A stretch of 64,000 nucleotides of DNA from Malacoraja senta (lineage: Eukaryota): positions 11,658,001 through 11,722,000 of the forward strand of contig CM075993.1 of NCBI GenBank assembly GCA_038087875.1. Direction: 5' to 3'. Both the position numbers and the translations under genes were made by a program. The notes under the pieces are model-generated. The model saw only the letters and a program-made list of their open reading frames with translations. It was not told where the DNA came from and made no database searches. This document shows, one piece after another, positions 11,997 through 22,772 of the stretch (position 1 is the first letter of the stretch; every line of letters starts with the position of its first letter).

Positions 11997-12550
11997 TGTG
12001 TTTTTCTGATTGGAAGTCTGTGACTAGTCATAGAATCATCAAGTCAGAGTGATACAGTGTGGAAACAGGCCCTTTGGCCCAACTTGCCCACATAGTTATA
12101 TTCTGTGTCCTGACCTACAAAGGCAGGTATGCCATAATACTTCTTCACCACCCTATGTGGCATTACCATTTTCAGACTTGAGTGCCTAGTTCCACTGTTC
12201 ATCTCCATTCATCAGTGCCCTACCATTTACTCTCTGTCCTACCCTTATTTGACATCCAAGAAAGCCTTGCCAGAATTAAATTCCATCTGCCCAACTTTCC
12301 ATTGGCCTGCATCCTTTGACTTGTCACCTGAGACAACCTTGCTCTCTATTTATAACACCACCAACTTTTGTGTCATCTGCAAACTTATTAATCATTACCA
12401 CTTTCACATCCAGAGGAGTTAATAAATATCATCCACAACCAAGATCTCAATATGGATTTATGTTAAACCAACATTTAAGGAACAGCTAGGCAGGCACATG
12501 GATAGGACAGGTTTTGAGGGATATGGACCAAATGCGGGCAGGTGGTACTA

Positions 12551-12725
12551 GGATAAACACAAAAAGCTGGAGTAACTCGGCAGCAACTCAGCGGGACAGG
12601 CAGCATCTCTGGAGAGAAGGAATGGGTGACGTTTTGGGTCGAGAACCTTCTCTGAAGAAGAGTTACTCCAGCTTTTTGGGTCTATCCTCGGTTTAAACCA
12701 GCATCTGCAGTTCTTTCTTACACAG
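12551..12725. mobile_element. Inverted pair of Penelope-end fragments
   Basis: CACAAAAAGCTGGAGTAACTC near 12558 is inverted relative to GAGTTACTCCAGCTTTTTG near 12660. Confidence 0.7.
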
Positions 12726-12951
12726 GAGGGACTATGTAGCTGGGACATGTTGGGCTGAAGGGTCTGTTTCCACACTGTATCGCTCTACGACTCTATGACT
12801 CTTAGTCACAGCATAACAGACAAGCACTACTCCACCACTACCCTCTGCCTACGATTGCCAAGACAATTTTAGATCCAATTATCCAGCTCACCCTTTGGTT
12901 CCCTTGTGCCTCGACCATCCTACCTTGCGGGACCTTGGTCAAACGCCTTCC

Positions 12952-13151
12952 NNNNNNNNNNNNNNNNNNNNNNNNNNNNNNNNNNNNNNNNNNNNNNNNN
13001 NNNNNNNNNNNNNNNNNNNNNNNNNNNNNNNNNNNNNNNNNNNNNNNNNNNNNNNNNNNNNNNNNNNNNNNNNNNNNNNNNNNNNNNNNNNNNNNNNNNN
13101 NNNNNNNNNNNNNNNNNNNNNNNNNNNNNNNNNNNNNNNNNNNNNNNNNNN
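12952..13151. other. Assembly gap (200 N)
   Basis: Run of N; contiguity across it is not guaranteed. Confidence 1.
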
Positions 13152-13480
13152 TTTCCCTCAGACACTTGTTTCCTTAGAAACCACAATGTTTGGTAATGTG
13201 CTGAAGATACAGAGTGTTATTGTCATCCACAGTTCTGGTGGTAATACTTAGATTTTACAATGATTGTAAATATATTTCTGCTCACCATTTTCCAATGTTG
13301 TACATGGAACACTCCTTGCACTGCATCACATGGAAGCATCACAGCACGGTTTGGGAACAGCTCCATCCAAGACCGCAAGAAATTGCAGCAAATTGTGGAC
13401 GCAGCCCAGACCATCACACAAGCCAACCTCCCTTCCATTGACTCCATTTAAACCTCACGCTGCCTCGGCAAGGCCAGCAG

Positions 13481-14788
13481 CAAAGATCCTATAGCGGAGC
13501 AAGATAGACCAAGTCAAGTCAAGTCAAGTCAAGTGAGTTTATTGTCATGTGTCCCTGGTAGGACAATGAAATTCTTGCTTTGCTTGAGCACAACAGAACA
13601 TAGTGGGCATTTACTACAAGGCATTCTATAAATATATACACAATGGTCAATATACTGATAAAGTGCAAATAACAGTATTGGCTAATAAAGTTCAGTGTTA
13701 TGTCCGAGCCAGGTTTAATAGCCTGATGGCTGTGGGGAAGTAGCTGTTCCTGAACCTGGTCGTTGCAGTCTTCAGGCTCCTGTACCTTCTACCTGAAGGT
13801 AGTAGGGAGATGAGTGTGTGGCCAGGATGGTGTGGGTCCTTGATGATGCTGCCAGCCTTTTTGAGGCAGCGACTGTGATAGATCCCCTCAATGGAAGGGA
13901 GGTCAGAGCCGATGATGGACTGGGCAGTGTTTACTACTTTTTGTAGTCTTTTCCTCTCCAGGGCACTCAAGTTGCCGAACCAAGCCACGATGCAACCGGT
14001 CAGCATGCTCTCTACTGTGCACCTGTAGAAGTTAGAGAGAGTCCTCCTTGACAAACCGACTCTCCGTAATCTTCTCAGGAAGTAGAGGCGCTGATGTGCT
14101 TTCTTAATAATGGCATCATTGTTCTCGGACCAGGAAAGATCTTCAGAGATGTGCACGCCCAGGAATTTGAAGCTCTTGACCCTTTCAACCATCGACCCGT
14201 TGATATAAACGGGACTGTGGGTCCCCATCCTACTCCTTCCAAAGTCCACAATCAGTTCCTTGGTTTTGCTGGTGTTGAGGGCCAGGTTGTTGTGCTGGCA
14301 CCATATGGACAGTCGCTCGATCTCTCTTCTATACTCTGACACATCCCCATCAGTGATACGTCCCACAACAGTGGTGTCGTCAGCGAACTTGATGATGGAG
14401 TTCGCACTATGTCCGGCTACGCAGTCATGAGTAGTTGTACGTGTAGTACGCAACGGAGCGGAACGTGGGCCTTTTTTTCATCCATTTCAGTAACCCGACT
14501 CGACCCGACTCGCAGTGTAATCAACGTTGCGGGGGAACAGTTTGTGTTAATAAATTATAATTCTGAAAATGAGGAGAAGATTTTTACCAAAGAACTTTTA
14601 TTTTTACGAGGATGTTTCCGTAACCGGCTTCCGTCTCCGCTCTAGTATCTTTGCTCCGCTATGGGATCTTTGGTGCGGAGACGGAAGCCGGTTACGGAAA
14701 TGGGGCCGAAAATTACCCATGAATCTGCCCATGACCGTACTACGTCTTTTTCATCGAGTGATCTATCTTGCTTGCTGTAGGATCTTTG
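13481..14788. mobile_element. Non-autonomous DNA transposon (CAAAG...CTTTG termini, 8-bp TSD; hAT- or P-like)
   Basis: TIR CAAAGATCCTATAGCGGAGCAAGATAGA versus TCTATCTTGCTTGCTGTAGGATCTTTG; TSD GCCAGCAG at 13473-13480 and 14789-14796. Confidence 0.85.
13511..14432 (-). mobile_element. Rex1/Babar-like LINE, 5'-truncated, intact RT C-terminal frame, nested in the DNA transposon
   Basis: ORF 13698-14453(-): THDC...IIKFADDTTVVG...LNTSKTKELIVDF...FKFLGVHI...KKAHQRLYFLRRL; (GACTT)n tail. Confidence 0.93.
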
Positions 14789-15659
14789 GCCAGCAGCATA
14801 ATCAAGGACAAGTCGCACCCTGGCCACTCCCTCTTCTCCCCTCTCCCATCAGGCAAATAGTACAGAAGTGTGAAAACACACACCTCCAGATTCAGGGACA
14901 GTTTCTTCCCAGCTGTTATCAGGCAACTGAATCATCCTACCACAACCAGAGAGCAGTGCTGAACTACTAATTACCTTTTTACTGACCCTCACACTATCCC
15001 TGATTGGACTGTGTTGGCTTTGCCTTGCAGTAAATGTTATTCCCTTATCATGTATCTGTACACTGTAAATGGCTCGATTGTAATCATGTATTGTCTTTCT
15101 GCTGAATGGATAGCACGCAACAAAAGCTTTTCACTGTACCTCGGTACACATGACAATAAACTAAACTGAACAGTGGTTTGTGGTTTGTACAGTGAAATAT
15201 TCATCAGAATTTCTCTTCCCATTTGATGAGCTGCCACCATCCACTTTTCCATCCAATCTGTAGTTCTTGGAACCCAGGACTGTCAACGTAACATGTTTAG
15301 ATTATATATAGATAGTGTGTAACTTATTCTAACTCTGCTCTCTGCCACAAGAACGTTCTTCCCTCCTGTGAAAGTAATCTTGTATCACCAGCTACACCTG
15401 CAATGAGGTAGCTCACACCTGTCTGACCAGTAAACTCCTTAAGATCATGCAGTAGGTTTAGGGAATATTTAAACCTTGGACAGGGGTCCAGTTCTCTGAG
15501 ATTGACAAGTTGGCAGAGGATAATAATGTTGAATGGCAAGCTGTAGTCATGAACAGCAAATGATCCAGTGGACAGGAAAGGTGTTGATGGACATGTACCA
15601 ACCATGGGCAGGTGTGACTAGTGTAGATGGGGTATCTTGGGCAGCATGGGCAAAACGTC

Positions 15660-16020
15660 ATAAGTCACAAGGAATAGTAGAATCAGCCCATTCGGCCCAT
15701 CGTCTACTCCGCCATTCAATCATGGCTGATCTATCTCCCCCTCCTAACCCCATTCTCCTGCCTTCTCCCCAAAACCTCTGACACCCATACTAATTACGAA
15801 TCTATCTATCTCTGTCTTAAAAATATCCACAGACTTGGCCTCCACAGCCTTCTGTGGCAAAGAATTCCACAGATTCACCACCCTCTGACTAAATAAATTC
15901 CACCTCATCTCCTTCCTAAAAGAATGTCCTTTAATTCTGAGGCTGTGACCTCTGGTCCTAGACTCTCCCACTAGTGGAAACCTCCTCTTCACATCCACTC
16001 TATCCAAGCCTTTCAGTATT
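15660..16020 (-). mobile_element. CR1 LINE 3' fragment
   Basis: ORF 15744-16037(-) encodes the CR1 C-terminus. Confidence 0.88.
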
Positions 16021-16785
16021 ATGGAATAGTGGAACATGGATCAGTACAGCAAGGAACAGGCCTTCGGCCCACAATGTTTGTGCCGAACATGATGCCAAGT
16101 TAAACTGATCTCATTTGCATGTACATGATCCATATCCCTCCATTCCCTGCACTTCTATGTGCCTATCTAAAAGCATCTTGAATGCCACTATCGTATCTGC
16201 CTCCACCACCACCCCTGGCGGTGTGCTCCAGGTCTCACCACTCTCTGCCCCACACACCTTCATTCAACCATCTCACTCTCACGTTAGAGCTATGCCTTCT
16301 AGTGTTGGACATTTCCATCCTGGGGTAAAGTTTCTGATGGCCCACCCCATGGACATTGGGCCATGGGCCTGTTTCAGGCTGGATCACTCTATCTGTGGTT
16401 GTTGCCTTAATGGACTTCCAGAAGGCATCAAGTTTCTCACTGGAGATTATTGATATTAATGAAGCGATGGTCTTGGCATCGTGTTCGGCACAGACATTGT
16501 GGGCTGAAGGGCCTGTTCTTGTGCTAAACTGTTCTATGTTGGTCCATCTATGCAGGTGGATTAAGCGATGGAGAATAATGAGTTGAGAAGGAATCACACT
16601 CTGAGTGGTGAGATATAAGTTCATCAGGGATCAAGAGTTGAAGTTCAAGAGTTCAAGAGAGTTTATTGTCATGTGTCCCTGATAGGACAATGAAATTCTT
16701 GCTTTGCTTTAGCACACCAGAACATAGTAGGACACCAGAACACCGGGAGCGCAGATTTTCCTCAAACGTAGAAGCACAGTGTTGG

Positions 16786-17065
16786 CCGGCACAGTGGCGT
16801 AGCAGTAGAGTTGCTGTTTCATAGCGCCAGAGACCCAGGTTCGATCCTGACCTTCGGTGCTTCTGTGTGGAGTTCGAACATTCTCTCTGTGACCACATGG
16901 GTTTCCTCTGAGTGCTCTGATTTCCTCCCACATCCCAAAGATGTGCGGGTTTGTAGGTTAATTAGCCCTCTGTAAATTGGTCTCAGTGTGTAGGGAGTGG
17001 ATATAAAAGTGGGATAACATAGAACTGGCGTGGACTGAAGGACCAGTTCCCATACTGTCTCTAAA
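16786..17065 (+). mobile_element. HE1-type SINE (diverged)
   Basis: A-box-like GTGGCGTAGCAGTAG, B-box GGTTCGATCC and V-domain. Confidence 0.85.
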
Positions 17066-17547
17066 ACATGGAATTAAGGGGTCAGCAGTAACTCAGTAAT
17101 GAAATTAGCCTAAAGGAGAGAAAGTAGAGATGCGTGAGGACTGGTAATGTCAGGAGGTTCAATGGTTTAATGGAGCTTTATTTGCCACATGGACAACTGA
17201 TGATGACATTCTTTATGCAAAAATTACACATGTGGGCGCCGCCATTTTTGACGCCATATTCAAAGTCCAAAGTCTGGTCGATCCGCACGCTCGATATACT
17301 GGACCAGTTCCCGTGTACCGACATCTCTCTCCTCTCCACGCCCGGCCATCTTTGTATCCTGGGGGCACCTCCTGCAGCCGATCTTGAGGCACTGGAGGTA
17401 CCGCCCAGGTTCACCGTCCTAGCGGCCCACTGCTTGCCCCCGGTCTCTCCTGCTCCCTCCCGGTTACACCGTCCAACGAGCCTTCGGCCGATTTACTGGT
17501 CCCACTCACAGATAAGCTTTGGGCAATGTCCTGCTGACCGACAATCC

Positions 17548-18290
17548 CAGTGTCCAGTGCCCAGTGCCCAGTGTCCAGTGCCCAGTGCTCAGTGCTCAGT
17601 GCCCAGTGCCTAGTGCCCAGTGTCCAGTGTCCAGTACCCAGTGTCCAGTGTCCAGTGCCCAATGCCCAGTGCTCAGTGCCCAGTCCAATACCCAGTGCCC
17701 AGTGCCCAGTGCCCAGTGCTCAGTGTCCAGTGCCCAGTGCTCAGTGCCTAGTGTCCAGTGCCATGCCCAGTGTCCAGTGCCCAGTGCTCAGTGCCTAGTG
17801 TCCTGTGCCATGCCCAGTGCCCAGTGCCCAGTGCTCAGTGTCCAGTGCCCAGTGCTCAGTGCCTAGTGTCCAGTGCTGTGCCCAGTGCCCAGTGCTCAGT
17901 CCAGTTCCCAGTGCTCAGTGTCCAGTGCCCAGTGCTTAGTGCCCAGTGTCCAGTGCCCAGTGCCCAGTGTCCAGTGTCCAGTGCCCAATGACCAGTGTCC
18001 AGTGATCAGTGTCCAGTGCCCAAAGCCCAGTGTCCAGTGTCCAGTGCCCAGTGCTCAGTGTCCAGTGCCCAGTGCTCAGTGCCTAGTGTCCAGTGCCGTG
18101 CCCAGTGCCCAGTGCCCATTGCTCAGTGTCCAGTTCCCAGTGCTCAGTGTCCAGTGCCCAATGACCAATCACCAGTGTCCAGTGCCCAAAGCCCAGTGCC
18201 CAGTGTCCAGTGTCCAATGCCCAGTGCTCAGTGTCCAGTGCCCAGTGTCAAGTGCCCAGTGTCCTTTGTCCAGTGTCCAGTGCCCAGTGC
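17548..18290. repeat. Minisatellite with 7-bp unit CCAGTGY (variants TCAGTGC, CTAGTG, CCAATG)
   Basis: About 740 bp of tandem (C/T)CAGTG(C/T). Confidence 0.97.
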
Positions 18291-18564
18291 CGTATCAAGA
18301 ACATTCATTCTCTAGTCCCATATTCTCATTTTGTTCATAATTTCTCACAAGAGAAAGAGACTGGAGTCAGGAAGTCATGGGGTCATACAGCACAAAACCA
18401 GGCCATTCAGCCCAATTCGTCCATGCCAGCCAGGATGCCACATTTACACTAGTCCCATTTGCCTACGCTTGGCACATATCCCTCTAAACCTTTCCTATTC
18501 ATCTTCGCTAGTTCCCACTTTTTAACAGAGGCTTAGTTATTGGACGAGTTTCGTACAGGGTTAA

Positions 18565-18842
18565 TTAAGTTTATTTTACAGATACAGCGCGGAAACAGGC
18601 CCTTCAGCCCACTGAGTCCGCGCCGATCAGCACATACACACTCGGGACAATTTACACTGATACCAAGCCAATTAACCTGCAAACCTGCATGTCTTTGGAG
18701 TGTAGGAGGAAACCGAAGATCTCGAAGAAAACCCACGCAGGTCACGGGGAGAACGTACAAACTCCGTAAAGACAGCACCCGTAGTCAGGATCAAACCCGG
18801 GTCTCTAGCGCTGTAAGGCAGCAACTCTACTGCTGCGCCACA
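18565..18842 (-). mobile_element. HE1-type SINE
   Basis: Head, V-domain and tail recognisable on the minus strand. Confidence 0.88.
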
Positions 18843-19052
18843 TTTGCAAAGATGTTACATTCTAGGGAAACCTTTGTGAGTGAAAATGTGGCTCCTGAAA
18901 CAGCATTTCCAATATAAAAGCTCAGTTTATATTCCAGAGCTCAAGAATCTCAGTAACAACAACCTCTAACACCTTAAAGTACGATGATCTGAAATGATAA
19001 AATATACTTTTAATGACAATTACATTTTAATCTATGATAATAACAATATATC

Positions 19053-19831
19053 CGGAAGTGGCAGCGCTGCCTTGCAGCTGCGGCTCGCCTGCAGTCCGTT
19101 TGTCTTTTCTTTTTTGTTTTCTTTTGTCCCGTTGTTGCGGCTTGTTTTGGTTTATTTTAGTTGTGTATGTGTGGGGGGGTGGGAGAAGCATGTTTTTTGG
19201 CTCTTCCTTCGGGGGGATGCGACCTTTCTTGCCGTATCTCCCGTCTCCGTCTGCGCTGAGGCCTATCGCGGAGCTGGCGGCCTCCAACTGGGACCGACCT
19301 CGAGGCTCGGGAGGCAGAGCCAGCCGGGACTTGCCAGCGCGGGGCTGGCCGACTTCGGGGCTGTGGTGGCGTTGCGACCCGACTTCGGAGCCTCGGCGAG
19401 GGCCACTGGACGACATCGTCGGGAGCTCGCAGGTCACAGGTTGGTGACCAGTTTTTCCGTAGCTCCCGCAACAACAGCTGCGTCCGCTGGACTGGAGGGC
19501 GGCAGCTTCGGCAGCTTCGACCGCCCTGGGCCGCGGAGTTTGAACCGGCCCGTTCGGATTCAGCCGCGGGACTTACTTACCATCACCCGGCGGGGTCACA
19601 ACATCGGAGGCCTGGATCGCCTCAATGCAGAGGGAGAGCAAGGAGGGAAGAGACATGGACTTTGGGACTTTTTGCCTTCCATCACAGTGCCTGGTGGACT
19701 CACTGTGGCGGATGTTAAACTGTATTGAGTGTGTGTTTTTGTTATTTATTCTATGTTATGACTGCAGGCTAAACCATTTCGTTGCACTGAAAAGTGCAAT
19801 GACAATAAATTGAATCAAAATCAAAATCAAA
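19053..19831 (+). mobile_element. GC-rich non-autonomous retroposon, apparently full length
   Basis: Starts CGGAAGTGGCAGCGC, the same start as copy 22773-23623; ends in a hairpin plus TGACAATAAA and (AATCAA)n. Confidence 0.8.
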
Positions 19832-20198
19832 TATTATGCGCCCACTGGGGAATGGCAGAAATATACGGCACATGCTGGCAAGCTGCAACATAAACAGGAA
19901 GAGACACAAACGCATCAGGCAGCATCTTCTGAAGTGTCATTAATCTGAAACATTAACTCTGTTCCTCTCTCCACAGATGCTGCCCAACTTTCTGCTTCTT
20001 TCCAGAATTTTCTGGTTCTGCTTTACGATCTTGAGGAATGTGGATAGAGTGGAAGAGAATCCAGAGCAAGGGGTGATTGAACGATGTGGCCTAAACAAAG
20101 TGCTACAGAGCTGCATCGTGACTTCTTGACCCTTACACTCAATTGCCCGACCAATGAAGTCAGCATAGCCCTCTTGCTTTCTTTCCCTCTCTATGTTC

Positions 20199-20325
20199 CA
20201 GAAGGAACTGCAGATGCTGGAAAATCGAAGGTAGACAAAAGTGCTGGAGAAACTCAGCGGGTGAGGCAGCGTCTATGGAGCGAAGGAAATAGGCAACGTT
20301 TCGGGCCGAAACCCTTCTTCAGACC
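20199..20325 (-). mobile_element. Penelope-end fragment (subfamily A)
   Basis: Reverse complement matches 7648-7742 and extends further into TTCGATTTTCCAGCATCTGCAGTTCC. Confidence 0.8.
20291..20325 (-). ncRNA. Minimal type I hammerhead ribozyme motif, core intact (GUU)
   Basis: Reverse complement GT-CTGAAGA-A-GGGT TTCG GCCC-GAAAC-GTT-GC. Confidence 0.65.
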
Positions 20326-21330
20326 TCTCTATCTACATGTGTTGGCACTTTCACAGAGTTATGGACTTGGACCCGAAGATTCTATAACAACATTTATGTT
20401 CATATGTTCTAGGAGCAGAATTAGGCCATTCGGCCCATCAAATCTACTCTGCCATTCAATCATAGCTGATCTATCTTTCCCTCTCAACCCCATTCTCCTG
20501 CCTTCTCCCCATAACCCCCGACACCCCCCGTATTAATCAAGAATTTGTCAATCTCCACATTAAAATTACCCATTGACTTGGAACTTCACAGCCATCTGTG
20601 GCAATGAATTCCACGGATTCAGAAGACATTTGGACAGGTACATGGATAGGAAAGGTTTAGAGGGATATGGGCCAAACTCGGGCAGGCTGGACCGGTCCAG
20701 ATGGGGCACGTTGGTTGGCAAGAGCAAGATGGGCCAAAGAGCCTGTTTCTGTGCTGTATAGCTCTAACTATCCCTCTGTACATTAATGTTGTCGACATGA
20801 ATTTTAGAAAAGTATCTGATGAAATCCCCCAGGACTAGGGCTTTATTCCTTGGAGTGCAGGAGGCTGGGGATGATCATAAAGAGGTTAAAAATGAAGACG
20901 GAAATAGTTAGGGTGAATGCACGGAGGCGGAGGAATCAAGAACTAGAGAGCGTAGGTTTAAGGCAAGAGGGAAAAGATTGAATTGGAACTTGAGAAGCAA
21001 CCCTTTCACACAGAGGGTGGTGGGCATATGGAACTTTACTGATGTAACTTTTTTTACACCAAGGATGCTGGGTATACGGAACGAGCTGCCGTGAGAGGTA
21101 GTTGAGGCAGAAACTATAACAACATCTAAAAGACATAGTTAGGGAAGGTTTAGAGGAATATGGGCCAAACATGGGCAAATGAGACCAGTGTAGATGGGGG
21201 ATGTTGGTCAGCAGGGACAGGTTGGGCAGAAGGGCCTGTTTACATGCGGTATCACTCTCTGTCTCTAATTAAGAATACAGTGACAATATGCATGATGGTT
21301 GTATTGCAAGTCAGTCCATTATTGGGTCAG

Positions 21331-21505
21331 ATAGACACAAAAAGCTGGAGCAACTCAGCGGGATAGGCAGCACCTCTGGGGTTTTGGGTCAAGACGCAAA
21401 ATGTCACCCATTCCTTCTGTCCAGAGATGCTGCCTGTCCCGCTGAGTTACTCCAGCTTTTTGTGTCTATCTTCGGTTTAAACCAGCATCTGCAGTTCCTT
21501 CCGAC
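21331..21505. mobile_element. Inverted pair of Penelope-end fragments
   Basis: ATAGACACAAAAAGCTGGAGCAACTCAGCGGGA is inverted relative to TCCCGCTGAGTTACTCCAGCTTTTTGTGTCTAT. Confidence 0.75.
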
Positions 21506-21757
21506 ACATATTATTGGGTCAGGAGTTCCATCACGGACATCTCTGTTGAGCAACATGGACAGCTGTGGGTTCAGTTGTTGGTGGCGATGGTGTCAATGTT
21601 ATCATGGGCGTGGTGGGGCCTGCGCCACCTGGATTGAGCTTTGAGTTGAGCTCCTCCCAGGTACAGGCGATTGGGAAGAGAATTGAAGGCTGTGTTTCTA
21701 TTGTGACATCACGTACAGGTACGGAACACATTGTTTTCCAGCCACGTGCCACATTAA

Positions 21758-22192
21758 AGGGCCTGTCCCACGGGCATGCGACTCCATGCGGCAAGCGCGA
21801 CCTAACCGCAAGCGGGGGCCACGCGGAGGTCGAGTGATCCCCGTACAGGGCCGGTCCCACCAGCATGCGGCTGCATGCGGCAAGCGCTACCAACCCGGAA
21901 GCGGGGGCCGCGCGGAGGTCAAGTGAAGTCAAGACGGTGCGTCCGGCGTTGAGGTGGTACGCACGGCCTCGATGCGGCTGCGGGGCGGCAGGCCGTTGCC
22001 GCACGGAATTTTTGAACAGTGTCAGTTTTATGGAGCCCCGCGCGATGTCGGGACCAGCTCCGCACAACTCCACACGGCTCCGGCGATCGAAGTGGGACCG
22101 GCCCGGCGTCCTTCGTGCGACCCCCGCATGGCCCCCGCTTGCGGTTAGTTCGTGCTTGCCGCATGGAGTCGCATGCCCGTGGGACAGGCCCT
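21758..22192. mobile_element. MITE with about 75-bp TIRs, flanked by TTAA
   Basis: TTAA|AGGGCCTGTCCCACGGGCATGCGACTCCATGCGGCAAGC ... GCTTGCCGCATGGAGTCGCATGCCCGTGGGACAGGCCCT|TTAA. Confidence 0.92.
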
Positions 22193-22344
22193 TTAAGGTG
22201 TGTGCCAACATCACTTTGCTTGCAATAAAAACACTGATTGGAGGCATTACTGGACATAACAATGGGAAGTAAGTATGGCACGGATCTGCGGGGATAGCTC
22301 TGATGGCTGGCATAGGCTCGATGGGCCAAATGGCCACCTCCATG

Positions 22345-22640
22345 TTTTTAGAGATACAGTGCGGAAACAGGCTCTTCGGCCCACCGAGTCCGCACCGACC
22401 AGCAATCCCCGCACATTAACACTATTCTACACTAGGGACGTTTTTTAAAGATTTGTACCAAGTCAATTAACCTACAAACCTGTAAGTCTTTGGAGTGTGG
22501 GAGAAAAAAACAAAGTTCTCGGATAAAACCCACGCAAGTCACGGGAAGAACGTACAAACTCCGTACAGACAAGCGCCCATAGTCAGGATGGAACCCGGGT
22601 CTCTGACGCTGTGAGGCAGCAAATCTACCGCTGCAACGTG
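22345..22640 (-). mobile_element. HE1-type SINE
   Basis: Matches the other copies. Confidence 0.85.
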
Positions 22641-22772
22641 GAACTGCTGGGATAGCTCTGATGGCTGGCATAGACTCGATGGGCCAAAGGGCCTTCTCCA
22701 TGTGATAAGGAAATATAAATGTTTCCATCATGGTCCCTCTTGTTCTCCTAACCCCAACGGGGTGTGAGGATG

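Larger units (their letters stand above)
13295..15170 (+). mobile_element. Rex1/Babar-like LINE 3' fragment, host of a DNA transposon
   Basis: SITARFGNSSIQDRKKLQQIVDAAQTIT before 13480 continues after 14796; tail CACTGTACCTCGGTACACATGACAATAAA(CTAAA)n. Confidence 0.85.

Noticed and set aside
12895..13251. ORFs spanning the N run
   Set aside because: Artefacts of the assembly gap.
17519..18340. Cys/Pro-rich ORFs (QCPVPSA repeats) resembling keratin-associated or metallothionein-like proteins
   Set aside because: They are translations of a 7-bp minisatellite; the same peptide appears in all three frames.
18994..19728. 244-aa ORF as a host gene
   Set aside because: It lies in the GC-rich retroposon; homologous copies have frame-breaking indels and give different peptides.
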